From Escherichia phage JL1, in sequence record JX865427: a DNA stretch of 43,457 nucleotides. One strand, given 5' to 3'. Both the position numbers and the translations under genes were made by a program. Positions 34,274-43,453 of this stretch are shown here, piece after piece. The notes under the pieces are model-generated. The model saw nothing but the letters and a program-made list of their open reading frames with translations, had not been told where the DNA came from and did not search any database. Position 1 is the stretch's first letter, and each line of letters opens with the position of its first letter.

Positions 34274-34950
34274 TTATGCGTGGTTCTGCCGCGCCATTTC
34301 ATCCAGCGCAACTCGTTCCATTAGCTTGATATCTTTAAACGCACGTTGCGCGTTTTCGATGCCGTGCATCTTAAAAAGCCATTCCAGTACGCCGTAGTCG
34401 ATGCCGTATGCGCCGCCGAATCCGGTGCGCCATTGCGTGGAGCAATCCGTGAAGACGGCGACTACCTTCGCGTTGTCGGGCCATAGCGCAACTGGTGGGC
34501 AAACATCTTCAGGGGCCGCGCCCCATAAACTCGCGGCTAAATCTTCGGAGGGTGGCGGCGGGCCATAAAAGCGCCGCGCCGCCTCAATTAGTTTTTTTCA
34601 CGCAACCCCATCAATTCGAGGTAGTACGACGTATGGAACACGCCGAACGCGCGCGGGTAGTTGACCACCAGGCGGCGGACGTTCTCCGCGTTAAATTCGT
34701 CCGGCAGATTCCAGCCTTCTGCGACGTGCATGATGGCCTCGACCATAACATTAAAGCCGTCCGGGTCATTGTCGTCATATTCTGACAACTTGCGCTCAGT
34801 ATCCTGCATGGTCTGCGAAAACTCGTCGATCGGACGGTGGCGCACGGTAAACGTCATTTTGCCAGGTTCGTTTTCTCCGGGGCGCGGGATCTCAATCGGT
34901 AGCTTAAAGGTCGGCTTAGGGTCAAGTGTGAAGAGTGGTGATTTAGCCAT
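34274..34950 (-). CDS. tail assembly chaperone G-T fusion via programmed -1 frameshift
   Basis: A 105-codon stop-free -1-frame ORF with no start codon of its own begins at the slippery heptamer A AAA AAC (plus 34591-34598) at the G stop. Confidence 0.6.
34588..34950 (-). CDS. tail assembly chaperone (lambda G-like)
   Basis: 120 aa directly upstream of the tape measure region; ends GAA AAA AAC TAA; GGAGA RBS. Confidence 0.7.
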   Translation of the reverse strand: MAKSPLFTLDPKPTFKLPIEIPRPGENEPGKMTFTVRHRPIDEFSQTMQDTERKLSEYDDNDPDGFNVMVEAIMHVAEGWNLPDEFNAENVRRLVVNYPRAFGVFHTSYYLELMGLREKN

Positions 34951-34965
34951 TATGTAATTCTCCAA

Positions 34966-34989
34966 TAAAAAAGGGGCCGTACTGGCCCC
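34966..34989 (-). terminator. attenuator/terminator after the major tail protein gene
   Basis: Minus strand hairpin ggggcc-agtac-ggcccc followed by TTTTTT. Confidence 0.6.
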
Positions 34990-35019
34990 ATATTAACACC
35001 CGCTATTTAAGCGACCAAA

Positions 35020-35745
35020 TTACGACAGCGCCTCGACCAAGTCCTTACGGTAAATAACCATATCGGACTGCATAGTGAGGGTGGACTCCACCGTCTCCAC
35101 GTTGTTTACTTCAGCAGATGGAATCTTCTGGAAAGACACCTTAGCCGGGTAAATGCGGATCTCACCTTTGCCGCTTGCCGCTGCCGGGTTGGTGAACTTA
35201 ATCACAGTGGTTTTCTGTGTGTCGTCCAGGTCTTCCAGAATCGGGCGGATCGGGTCTTCTTCGTCGTGGGTGAAAGTGTAGGTCTGGACCAACGGGTTTT
35301 TCGTGGTGTTCAGACTGATCGCGGTATTCACCTGCAACGGCTGGAAGGTGGTGGTCTGCTGGTCGCCACCCGACACACCAACGTTAGTGATAAACGGGAA
35401 GTCGATAAAGCTCGACACCTTCACCACCTCACCCGGTGTGCCTACGCCGAAAGCACCGGTCGGGTATTTGGTTACGTCTTGAGTATCGAAGCGCGCCAGC
35501 GTCACGTCGTTAGCATCCACTTTACCCACGATGAACGCGCGGTTAAGCGCACGTACCCACGGGGTTTTAGTGAACATAACCACGTCTCCCACAGCAAGAC
35601 CATGCGACTCCGCGCAGGTGATAACGCAGCCTTGCGTAAGATCGGAGATTGACGCCGCGGCGTTGGTCGCTGCCGTAACTGCGATGCCTGCACCCAATAC
35701 GGACCCGATCTGCACGCTGGACCCGTTAGGAAGTTGATAACCCAT
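35020..35745 (-). CDS. major tail protein
   Basis: 241 aa; position upstream of the G/GT chaperone genes; AGGAG RBS; followed by terminator. Confidence 0.75.
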   Translation of the reverse strand: MGYQLPNGSSVQIGSVLGAGIAVTAATNAAASISDLTQGCVITCAESHGLAVGDVVMFTKTPWVRALNRAFIVGKVDANDVTLARFDTQDVTKYPTGAFGVGTPGEVVKVSSFIDFPFITNVGVSGGDQQTTTFQPLQVNTAISLNTTKNPLVQTYTFTHDEEDPIRPILEDLDDTQKTTVIKFTNPAAASGKGEIRIYPAKVSFQKIPSAEVNNVETVESTLTMQSDMVIYRKDLVEALS

Positions 35746-35806
35746 AATGAACGCTCCTGTTTAGATATACGGTTTAATGATACAGCACGCGCATAATTGC
35801 GCCAAA

Positions 35807-36229
35807 TCAGGCGCAACAGGTGTAGGGGACTGTAACCACGATGCGGGCGCGATCAACGTCCTCGACCACCGAACTGGTATAAGGCGAGTCCTGAAGCTGG
35901 AAGGCCGCTCCGGAAATCCTTACGGCCTGCCATTTATCCGACGTCGCGATGGCGTCCGCCAGTTCGCTCGCATACTGTGTACCAGTGCCCGCGGGAAACA
36001 CTACGGCAACCTGATATACGCCAGCATAGATCCGGCCCTTCTGCTGGAAGCCCACAAACTGGGTCGGGGCCGGTAGCAGGTACGGCTCCAGGTAGACACC
36101 GCTGCCGTTTGCGTGGTCGCCGCTCACGTTCTCCCAGTTAACCTGGATCGGGCGCTGGCTAGTGCTCAGGCTTACCGATAACTCTTCTACCACGCTGTTA
36201 AGCGCTTTGCGGATTGCGGTATTGCTCAT
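35807..36229 (-). CDS. tail terminator/completion protein (by position)
   Basis: 140 aa between neck and major tail genes. Confidence 0.45.
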   Translation of the reverse strand: MSNTAIRKALNSVVEELSVSLSTSQRPIQVNWENVSGDHANGSGVYLEPYLLPAPTQFVGFQQKGRIYAGVYQVAVVFPAGTGTQYASELADAIATSDKWQAVRISGAAFQLQDSPYTSSVVEDVDRARIVVTVPYTCCA

Positions 36230-36822
36230 TATTTCACCTTCGAATTGATTTCTGCCGCTACGACGCGAACAATCCCCGCGGGCGCTTGTTTACTCCAGCC
36301 ATACTCAAGTCGCTGCGCGTATGGCACGTTGTTAGTAAACCAGATCGACCCGTATTCACTCGAATCGTAATGCGCCAGCACTTCACGCCCCGCGGCTAAT
36401 GTTGCCGTTCCGGCCTTGTCAACGCGGTCAATAGCACCGACAGCCGGGCGATCAAATGTCACCTGCCAGTTCCCCCGGAAGCGCCCCCCGGTGTAGTTCT
36501 TCGCGGCCCAGCCGCGCTGGCGGAATGTCACATTGCCGTTTTTAGTCTTGAATGATACCAGCACACTGGCGTGCTTCTTCTGCCCGCGCTTCAGTTTGCC
36601 GCCATTCTTGCGGCGCTGTGCGGCGTTCACCTTGTTCGCGTGCTGGCGGGCCATTGCATAAGCCTTGTTAATCTTCCACCGGCGAGGGTCGCCCACCGGG
36701 GAGATCTCAATAAGGCGTCCGAGTATTTGCATCCCGTACGCCCGCACCGCCTTATCGTTGTTCTCCTTCGTCTTATCCACCCATGTAGCAATAGTGGCGG
36801 CGAATGAGTAGACTTCAGCCAC
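36229..36822 (-). CDS. neck/head-tail joining protein (by position)
   Basis: 197-aa ORF in the connector module. Confidence 0.45.
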   Translation of the reverse strand: MAEVYSFAATIATWVDKTKENNDKAVRAYGMQILGRLIEISPVGDPRRWKINKAYAMARQHANKVNAAQRRKNGGKLKRGQKKHASVLVSFKTKNGNVTFRQRGWAAKNYTGGRFRGNWQVTFDRPAVGAIDRVDKAGTATLAAGREVLAHYDSSEYGSIWFTNNVPYAQRLEYGWSKQAPAGIVRVVAAEINSKVK

Positions 36823-36823
36823 G

Positions 36824-37177
36824 TTAGCCCCTTAGCTGTAGTTGAAACAGCATGGTCTGGCCCGCCGGTTGCAGGGGGTTTGGATTGATAACCCGGTAGT
36901 CTGTATTGTTCAGGCTAACCAAATCCCCGACCTTTACCTGCTTGACGGCCTGACACAAAAACTTCACATCACCGGCAACGATACGCGTCCCGTCGATCTC
37001 GCTTGGCTTGTACTCCTCTCGAAGACCGATGACGTCGAACGACGTTGGCGGGATTATCACTTCGTCGCCGTCTACGCGGTCAACCGACCCCGGACGCGTC
37101 ACCGTAGCCGTCATGCCGAACTTTTTAATCAGCGGATTGACTTTCCGCTTTAACCCCGCGTAATTAAAGCCCGCCAT
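36824..37177 (-). CDS. head-tail adaptor/head closure protein (by position)
   Basis: GGAGG RBS 8 nt upstream of ATG at 37177. Confidence 0.45.
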   Translation of the reverse strand: MAGFNYAGLKRKVNPLIKKFGMTATVTRPGSVDRVDGDEVIIPPTSFDVIGLREEYKPSEIDGTRIVAGDVKFLCQAVKQVKVGDLVSLNNTDYRVINPNPLQPAGQTMLFQLQLRG

Positions 37178-37280
37178 TATCATCCTCCTGTACCGGTGGT
37201 TCCGGTTCTGGCGCTGGTTCCGGTTCTGGTTGGCGTTTAGTATTTGCGGCGATAATAGCCGCCAGTAATGCAGGATTCAT
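37164..37280 (-). CDS. small Pro/Glu-repeat protein (38 aa)
   Basis: Manual translation MNPALLAAIIAANTKRQPEPEPAPEPEPPVQEDDNGGL; overlaps both neighbours; encoded by an 18-bp tandem repeat. Confidence 0.3.
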   Translation of the reverse strand: MNPALLAAIIAANTKRQPEPEPAPEPEPPVQEDDNGGL

Positions 37281-37281
37281 A

Positions 37282-37782
37282 TTACCCCCGGAATACATCA
37301 AAATTACCCGCTGCGTTGCCGTCTGAGTCAATCCAGTGGCCCAGCAAGCCATCCCACCACGGGAACGAGACACCGCTACCAATCGTCGCAGGGTCATATT
37401 CCATCGTGATCGGGCCGACAGTTTCGCGGATAGTCTCCTTACCACTGCCAACAGGAGAAATATCGACCTCGTCCGCCACCAACATCGCCAACCTGTAAAC
37501 GGCTTGCTCGACGGCAATGGGGATTGATGCAAAATCTACGATCTGCCCTGCGGGCACTACTGCCACGACGTCAGTGAGCGTGTCGCGCACCGGCTTACCG
37601 TCCGATTGGTAATTGATGCGAGGCCATGCGTCGATGCCTGTCTGGTCTGCGGGTTCTCCGATCCAGTTGATGCCGTTAAGGAAGTCATTAACTACGGTAA
37701 GGTGTCGCGTTGCATCGCTCAGCGTGACTTCAACGCCTCGCGCCGCGGCATAATCGACAAATGTTTGCGGGTCGCCATACAT
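37282..37782 (-). CDS. head-tail connector protein (by position)
   Basis: Start moved to MYGDPQ with AGGAGTG RBS; the ORF-track start lies inside the terminator hairpin. Confidence 0.45.
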   Translation of the reverse strand: MYGDPQTFVDYAAARGVEVTLSDATRHLTVVNDFLNGINWIGEPADQTGIDAWPRINYQSDGKPVRDTLTDVVAVVPAGQIVDFASIPIAVEQAVYRLAMLVADEVDISPVGSGKETIRETVGPITMEYDPATIGSGVSFPWWDGLLGHWIDSDGNAAGNFDVFRG

Positions 37783-37796
37783 TGTATTCACTCCTA

Positions 37797-37821
37797 TAAA
37801 AAAGGCGGGCATAAGCCCGCC
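37797..37821 (-). terminator. attenuator/terminator after the major capsid gene
   Basis: Minus strand hairpin ggcgggc-ttat-gcccgcc followed by TTTTTT. Confidence 0.6.
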
Positions 37822-37840
37822 CCTTTGGGATGTGCGCCTG

Positions 37841-38941
37841 TTAGGACGCTGTGGTCGCAGTCAGCGTAACCAGTACGCCCGCCGTTTCCTTGATGTGACG
37901 GGTAGGCACTGCCTGTGCGGCCTGGGTCTTACGACGGACTTTAGTATCGCCATCACCCACCGCACCAACGTCCTGAACGGTTGCCGGTGCGTTGTCTACC
38001 TGGCCCTGATCCAGCTCCCAGTTGTCCTTAGTGGTGATATCGGACAGCGTGAACGAGCGTACCCCTTCGATCGGAGTACGAGCGGACGCCTTCAGACGAT
38101 AGCCTTTAACAGCCACGTTGAAGTCGAACTCGCCCTGCCACCAGCGCTCAATGTTCTCGTTACCGCCTTTTTCCTGCGCCAGCATATCAAGGCCGTTGGT
38201 GGTAACTGCAACCGCGCCAGGGACCAGACCCAGCATTTTACCCGCGCCCATTGCATCGGCAGCGGCATCGGAGATAATGAAACGGCGGCCCAGACCATCG
38301 CCCATTACCTGCAGATCGCCGATCGCGAATACCTGCTCGGCAGATGGAAGCGCCTGGTAAGCGATGAAGTTTGCCCAGGTAACGCCATCCATAAACCAGG
38401 ACTTAATCAAAGACGCCTGATCGCCGAACTTAGAAGCCGCCAGCGGGAAGTCTGCCAGGGTCGGGAATGTACGACCGCCAACGCCGTCAACGCGAGCCGG
38501 TTGGGTGTAGTTTGCCGCTGTGTTGCTTTCGATAGCCGCTTTACCCGCGCCGATACCAGCTTTCAGATAGTGCAGCATAATCGCTTGAGTTGCCTGTGCC
38601 GCAATCTCAGCCGCAACGCTGTTAACGTTGGTTTCGATTTTAGCCATCATGGCCTTCGTGATCGCAACCGGACCCACTTTCGCGGAAAGGTTAACCGAGT
38701 TGGTCAGCATACGCGCCAGCACTTTTGCGGTTGCCGGTGTACCGACAGGGGCATAGGCGTTACGGTCGGTAACGAGGTTGGCGATCAAGCCTACGGACAT
38801 TTTTTCTACAACGTCCTTAAGCACTTCACCCGTACCGAGAACAACAGCGCCGTTAGCGGCAGCGTTGAACACGTTCAGGTTATCGGGAATCATTTGCGTA
38901 ACCGCGGTGACGAGTTTACGCTGGAACACTGTTAAAGACAT
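37841..38941 (-). CDS. major capsid protein
   Basis: 366 aa; position after the scaffold gene; AAAGGA RBS; followed by strong terminator. Confidence 0.85.
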   Translation of the reverse strand: MSLTVFQRKLVTAVTQMIPDNLNVFNAAANGAVVLGTGEVLKDVVEKMSVGLIANLVTDRNAYAPVGTPATAKVLARMLTNSVNLSAKVGPVAITKAMMAKIETNVNSVAAEIAAQATQAIMLHYLKAGIGAGKAAIESNTAANYTQPARVDGVGGRTFPTLADFPLAASKFGDQASLIKSWFMDGVTWANFIAYQALPSAEQVFAIGDLQVMGDGLGRRFIISDAAADAMGAGKMLGLVPGAVAVTTNGLDMLAQEKGGNENIERWWQGEFDFNVAVKGYRLKASARTPIEGVRSFTLSDITTKDNWELDQGQVDNAPATVQDVGAVGDGDTKVRRKTQAAQAVPTRHIKETAGVLVTLTATTAS

Positions 38942-39009
38942 ATTAGAATCCTTTGAGTTGTGAGCATTCGCCCAGTGCCGTTAATGTTACCTTAGATTTA
39001 CGCGCTCGC

Positions 39010-39032
39010 AAAATCGCCCGCTTTCGCGGGCG
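39010..39032 (-). terminator. hairpin attenuator after the scaffold gene
   Basis: Stem cgcccgc / gcgggcg with tetraloop, weak U-tract. Confidence 0.4.
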
Positions 39033-39038
39033 GCCTGC

Positions 39039-39740
39039 TTACTCGTCGCCCATTTTAGCAATGATATCCCCGGCCTGTTTCGTCAAGTCAGTGATACCGA
39101 AGCTGTGTCCCATAGTGATTTTCGACTTCACATCTTCGACGACCTGCGTCGGTTTGCTCGGAGCACCACCGGCTGGCGTGCCAGCCAGGACGGATGCAAA
39201 ATCGGCGTTACTACGGAACTCTTTTTCTAGCTCTTCCATAGTCAGCGCGGAGGGTTTGCCGTCCTTCAGTACCCGCACCTTCAAGCTGCCGTCCTCGCCG
39301 TCTTCCAGCGTGAGGCGGTCCATAACGTGGCGTTGCATGATGCCGGCATTCTTACCGAACAGCTTCGAGGCCAAATCTTTGGCAGCGCTGCCGATGGTTA
39401 AGTCGTGGATCTGCTTGCGGTAGGCTTCGATTTTCCCCGATGTGTCCGCTTCATGTTTTGCGAACTTATCCTTCCAGGATTTATCAATCGCTTCGAGGTC
39501 GCCATTTTTGCGCGCGGCGGCTTCCTCTTTCTCTTTCGCAAGGCGCTCGGCTTCGGCGCGACGTTCGGCTTCTGCTTTCTTCTCGCTCACCAGCTTCGCG
39601 TTGTTGTCTTTCAGACCCTTGATCTCCGCCTGTACTTCTTCGGCGGTCATGAACGTGGATTTATACCCATCACCATCGGCAACAAATAAAGCCTTCATGC
39701 CTTCTGGCAACGCGTCATATTCTGCTTTAGTAAGTTTCAT
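39039..39740 (-). CDS. scaffolding protein
   Basis: Highly charged A/E/K-rich helical sequence immediately upstream of the capsid gene; start set at MKLTKAEY with AGGGGGA RBS. Confidence 0.7.
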   Translation of the reverse strand: MKLTKAEYDALPEGMKALFVADGDGYKSTFMTAEEVQAEIKGLKDNNAKLVSEKKAEAERRAEAERLAKEKEEAAARKNGDLEAIDKSWKDKFAKHEADTSGKIEAYRKQIHDLTIGSAAKDLASKLFGKNAGIMQRHVMDRLTLEDGEDGSLKVRVLKDGKPSALTMEELEKEFRSNADFASVLAGTPAGGAPSKPTQVVEDVKSKITMGHSFGITDLTKQAGDIIAKMGDE

Positions 39741-39880
39741 GCTATCCCCCTGGGATTGTGGCAAAGCGGGCCACCCGCTTGACTTCACGCCTTAATATTA
39801 TCAGTGATAAAAATAATCGCAAAATTCGCTTGCGCTGCTGGAATTGGTTGCACACCAACATAGATATGAAGGAAAACAAA

Positions 39881-40195
39881 ATGACTAACATGACCGTAGC
39901 AACTCCAGTAGACGCCGCAATGGCCCGTTTCAATAAAGCTACTGTAGCGAATACCTTTACCTTTCACGCAATGCGTAACGCGGAAGCGCTGAATCTGTGC
40001 CAGAGCATGAATGCTTCTGAAGCGGCAAAAGCGGCGATCAACTCCGCGACATTCGATAATCCGGCTTGCGGCCTGGTTCCGGCATCTTTCATAAACGCCC
40101 TGGTCGAAGCCTTTAACGATTTCATGTGCGTCGATGCCGTTGAAGCTGTATGTGCTCGCTTAACCTCAACCAGCGGCAACATCAAATTTAACTAA
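39881..40195 (+). CDS. hypothetical protein (opposite-strand insert)
   Basis: AAGGA RBS 7 nt upstream of ATG; ATTGGTTGCA motif in the upstream intergenic region. Confidence 0.5.
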   Translation: MTNMTVATPVDAAMARFNKATVANTFTFHAMRNAEALNLCQSMNASEAAKAAINSATFDNPACGLVPASFINALVEAFNDFMCVDAVEAVCARLTSTSGNIKFN

Positions 40196-40234
40196 ACCAA
40201 TCGGGGCGAAAGCCCCAATAATGAGGACACAAAA

Positions 40235-40459
40235 ATGAGACTGACGAAAGATATTAAACATCAGATCCTGGCTAACATCCTGCGCGACCACGAAATCGCA
40301 ACCGAAGCCAAACAAATCATGATGGACTCACGCGATCTGGCGTACGCAATCACGCTGGACTGTATGCCGGACGGCATTCGCACATTCGCCGCGCTAACGA
40401 AAAAGGGGCCATTACGGCCCCTTAATTATTTGCTGCAACTCCAGCACCTGCGCCCTTAG
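40235..40459 (+). CDS. hypothetical protein (opposite-strand insert; 3' end uncertain)
   Basis: GAGGA RBS 7 nt upstream of ATG; reading frame runs through the bidirectional terminator. Confidence 0.4.
   Translation: MRLTKDIKHQILANILRDHEIATEAKQIMMDSRDLAYAITLDCMPDGIRTFAALTKKGPLRPLNYLLQLQHLRP
40403..40419. terminator. bidirectional hairpin terminator
   Basis: ggggcc-atta-cggcccc with A-run upstream and T-rich tract downstream. Confidence 0.55.
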
Positions 40460-40651
40460 CTTCGCCCCGCATTCCATATTTTTAACATCAATCATCAAAT
40501 CTTCGTCGGGGTCCGCAGACGGGTTATCGAACTTGCACGGCGGTCGCAGTGCCGACTCCGTTAGCGGCATCAACGGCGCGTTGCTTGATCCGCACGCGCT
40601 CAGCATCAAAACTACAATCAGGGCGGTTAGGGCGCGTAACATATTTAACAA
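40412..40651 (-). CDS. o-spanin (Rz1-like outer-membrane lipoprotein)
   Basis: Signal peptide with lipobox LSAC, Pro-rich mature region; out of frame and partly embedded in the upstream gene. Confidence 0.6.
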   Translation of the reverse strand: MLNMLRALTALIVVLMLSACGSSNAPLMPLTESALRPPCKFDNPSADPDEDLMIDVKNMECGAKLRAQVLELQQIIKGP

Positions 40652-40853
40652 CCTCTTTCGTGATAGTCCGGTATTCTACGTCGCGGGCTTGTTCGGCCTG
40701 CACGGAGCGCTCAACAACTTTAGTTTGCTGCCGTTGGGCTTTGGCTTGCGCTTCTTGCGCCGCCTCCGCCACTACGCCAGCGCGATAGGAGTCGCCTAGC
40801 CAGAATCCTACCGCCAGACCGATAACCAGTCCAATCGCTGCATACTTAATCAC
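40524..40853 (-). CDS. i-spanin (Rz-like)
   Basis: N-terminal TM helix followed by A/Q/E-rich helical periplasmic domain; overlaps the lipoprotein ORF. Confidence 0.6.
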   Translation of the reverse strand: MIKYAAIGLVIGLAVGFWLGDSYRAGVVAEAAQEAQAKAQRQQTKVVERSVQAEQARDVEYRTITKEVVKYVTRPNRPDCSFDAERVRIKQRAVDAANGVGTATAVQVR

Positions 40854-41949
40854 GCCATAACCCCCGGTTTTTAAGCTGTGCGATAGTCATTAGTTCGCCG
40901 GAATCGGAGAACATCTTCGGCACTTTCACGCCGCGCATAATCTGGTCGGCGCGTTGCACTCCGTATAATTCTTCCAGGATATGGCGCGGCTGGCGCTGCA
41001 CCCATGAGAAGAAATCAGTCTGCGCGTCGACCTGCTCACTCAGCAACCTACCCGCGTCAGCCTTCAGTGCCGGACGCTTACCACTGGGCCAATCTTCCAT
41101 GCCTTTAACCTTCCACGTCTCCGTAGACCGGCAGCAATAATGCAACTTGCCCGGACCAGCGCCATATTGTGATCCAGCCACCACTTTCCCGCCGCGCTTT
41201 CCTTTGGTGTCGGGAGTAACATCAACCGGATAAAACAGGCGATCGCGTAGCTGGCACATGGGAGAAGTATGCGTGTCCAATGTAGATAACCATTGGCGAC
41301 CTTCGAGAATATCGTCATTTGCTTTTACCATTAGTTCGCGGGCGGTCGCCGCATAGTGGTTGACTGCGGACTTAACAACGCTTGAGAGAGCTTGCGCACT
41401 ACGACCGCCGAGCGCGCGCCTCACGTCCGCTATAATTTCCAAAGTCGGCTTACCCTGGATGAATCCCGCGCGCACCTGATTGCCGATCTGCGTCCTGGTC
41501 CATTCTGAAAGTGAATCGGGCCATTGCATCATCGTATTACCCTGGAACGGGTTTTTAATCGCAGTCGCTGCGATCTGCGCACCTGTCACCACGCCCACCA
41601 CCTCGATCGCAGGTACGGCGACCACCGGCTGGATCGCTGCCGTTAATGTGTCGGTGAGATAATCAGCCTCCGTGTCGGCGAACTCCTGAAGGCTTTCAGC
41701 CAACGCCTTAAACTCGGTGCGCAATTCTGATTTAACGGTCTTGTCGATTTGCGTTAGCAGGGTGGAAAGTGCCCTGTTATTCATTGACGATTTGCCATCA
41801 AGCAACTCGGTCAGCTTTCCCAGTAATGTGGGCCGGAACTTCTCCCACATGGACAGCACCCTTCGCGCCTGGTCATTGCTAAGGCGCTGGGTGAAGATGT
41901 GACGGCGAATCATTCGATCCGCCATATATTGATTAATTGTCTTCGCCAT
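40846..41949 (-). CDS. head morphogenesis protein (Mu F / SPP1 gp7-like)
   Basis: 367 aa directly downstream of and overlapping the portal gene. Confidence 0.75.
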   Translation of the reverse strand: MAKTINQYMADRMIRRHIFTQRLSNDQARRVLSMWEKFRPTLLGKLTELLDGKSSMNNRALSTLLTQIDKTVKSELRTEFKALAESLQEFADTEADYLTDTLTAAIQPVVAVPAIEVVGVVTGAQIAATAIKNPFQGNTMMQWPDSLSEWTRTQIGNQVRAGFIQGKPTLEIIADVRRALGGRSAQALSSVVKSAVNHYAATARELMVKANDDILEGRQWLSTLDTHTSPMCQLRDRLFYPVDVTPDTKGKRGGKVVAGSQYGAGPGKLHYCCRSTETWKVKGMEDWPSGKRPALKADAGRLLSEQVDAQTDFFSWVQRQPRHILEELYGVQRADQIMRGVKVPKMFSDSGELMTIAQLKNRGLWRD

Positions 41950-43453
41950 TGTCCGCTACCTTGTCCTGGTCTTCTTCGGTAGATTCTACCGCATCCGGGG
42001 ACATTTGAGGCAATGGATTCTGATTTCGCAGTTCGTCTTCCACCTGCTCGACGGTTTGCGAGTCATCGATAACGCCCTGGGCCATCATCCACTTGATAAA
42101 GTCCGCCAGACGGACCGTACCGGTCTGCACACCCGCCATCATTGCGGTCATAAGCTGTGCATCCACCGTGATCTCGGTGTAGAACTTATTCAGCGTTACA
42201 CGTTGATCTGCGGTGTCCCCCGTGAACAGCTTGACGATTTGCAGCGCACGGTTGAAAGCCTTCTCAACGTTACCGGCAATAAGTGACAGGATACTGTTAT
42301 CAGTCTGCGCATCGTAGGCCGCTTCAGTTGCCGTCTTAGGTGCGGTCCCCTTCTCGACCAGGGCCGCGCCCAGTTTAGCCATTTGCAATTCGCGTCGCTC
42401 ACACAGCGCAACTGACAGGTTTCGCTCCTCCGCCTGAAGCAGTTTAGCGTCCATGTTCTGACCCAGGATGACGCCTTTAGTTGCCCCGAGCGCGATGCCG
42501 CCCTTCAGGTTTTTATCAGCCCATGATTGGGTCAAGCCGGTCGCAACTAGGGTAGGTTGACCTACGATGTGCGCAATCTCTGCGACGTCAGCTTCGGCGT
42601 TGTAGTGCTTAATGTTGATGGACGCGATATCCGCCAGCGGTGCGGCATCTGGTGTCGCATTGTTATCCACCGCGCCACACCAACAGAAAGGCAGTTGAGT
42701 AAGCGCATTACCGTCGGCATCCACCAGCGGCACAAGGTCGGTGCGGGTGAAGCCACGCGGCAAGTCCATTTGCACTTCGGACGTGTCCGCGTTGTAAAAC
42801 CAGCGGCGGGCGTGTGCCACACCGTTAATCATGCGAAGCTCAGTCCAGATCGTTACTTCGTGGTTTGCGAAGTCGTCCGGGTCTTCGGTGCTGATTTCAT
42901 CCGTCTCCTTCAGCACGATTAGCGTGTCGACGCCGTGTGTCTGCCGCCAGTTGATGATCTGTTCAGCCGTATACAGGCGGATAAGCGGGCGGTGTGCCGC
43001 CATTTCAGCGGCTGTCTGCGGCACTACGTTACCCAGTTCGTCAAAATGCGCCTGGCGGTCGTAGTCCACCATAAAGCCCGCGCGGCCCGATTGCAGCACT
43101 TCCGACATAGCGCCGCGCAGGAGTTGCGCCAGCGGCATCCCGCTGCCGTCTACGTCATCAATCAGGTCAGCCATTGCCCCGGAAATGTCCATACTCACCG
43201 GTTTGGCGAAGGCCACGCCTAACAGTGCATTCAGTGTGCGGGCGGTGGCGTTCAGGAAGACAGCGCGTTGCTTATATGCCTTATAGCGTGCCCGTGATTT
43301 CGGGTCGGTGGTGTCGCCGCTGGCTGGGTGTGGCAGGTACAATGGTCCGCACGCCTTCACGGCTCGCTCCCCTGCTACGCAGTCACGGATCATTTTCCAC
43401 TCGGGCGCGATGCGCGCATAGAGCGGGTGCTGGTTGTCAACGTTAACGGTCAT
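41933..43453 (-). CDS. portal protein
   Basis: 506 aa with acidic C-terminal tail; precedes the head morphogenesis gene; its RBS lies across the window ends right after the terL stop. Confidence 0.85.
   Translation of the reverse strand: MTVNVDNQHPLYARIAPEWKMIRDCVAGERAVKACGPLYLPHPASGDTTDPKSRARYKAYKQRAVFLNATARTLNALLGVAFAKPVSMDISGAMADLIDDVDGSGMPLAQLLRGAMSEVLQSGRAGFMVDYDRQAHFDELGNVVPQTAAEMAAHRPLIRLYTAEQIINWRQTHGVDTLIVLKETDEISTEDPDDFANHEVTIWTELRMINGVAHARRWFYNADTSEVQMDLPRGFTRTDLVPLVDADGNALTQLPFCWCGAVDNNATPDAAPLADIASINIKHYNAEADVAEIAHIVGQPTLVATGLTQSWADKNLKGGIALGATKGVILGQNMDAKLLQAEERNLSVALCERRELQMAKLGAALVEKGTAPKTATEAAYDAQTDNSILSLIAGNVEKAFNRALQIVKLFTGDTADQRVTLNKFYTEITVDAQLMTAMMAGVQTGTVRLADFIKWMMAQGVIDDSQTVEQVEDELRNQNPLPQMSPDAVESTEEDQDKVADNGEDN

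Noticed and set aside
37164-37532. 122-aa minus-strand ORF overlapping the connector gene
   Set aside because: Most of it overlaps the better-supported 37282-37782 gene in another frame; only the last 38 codons (37164-37280) are plausible as an independent micro-gene.
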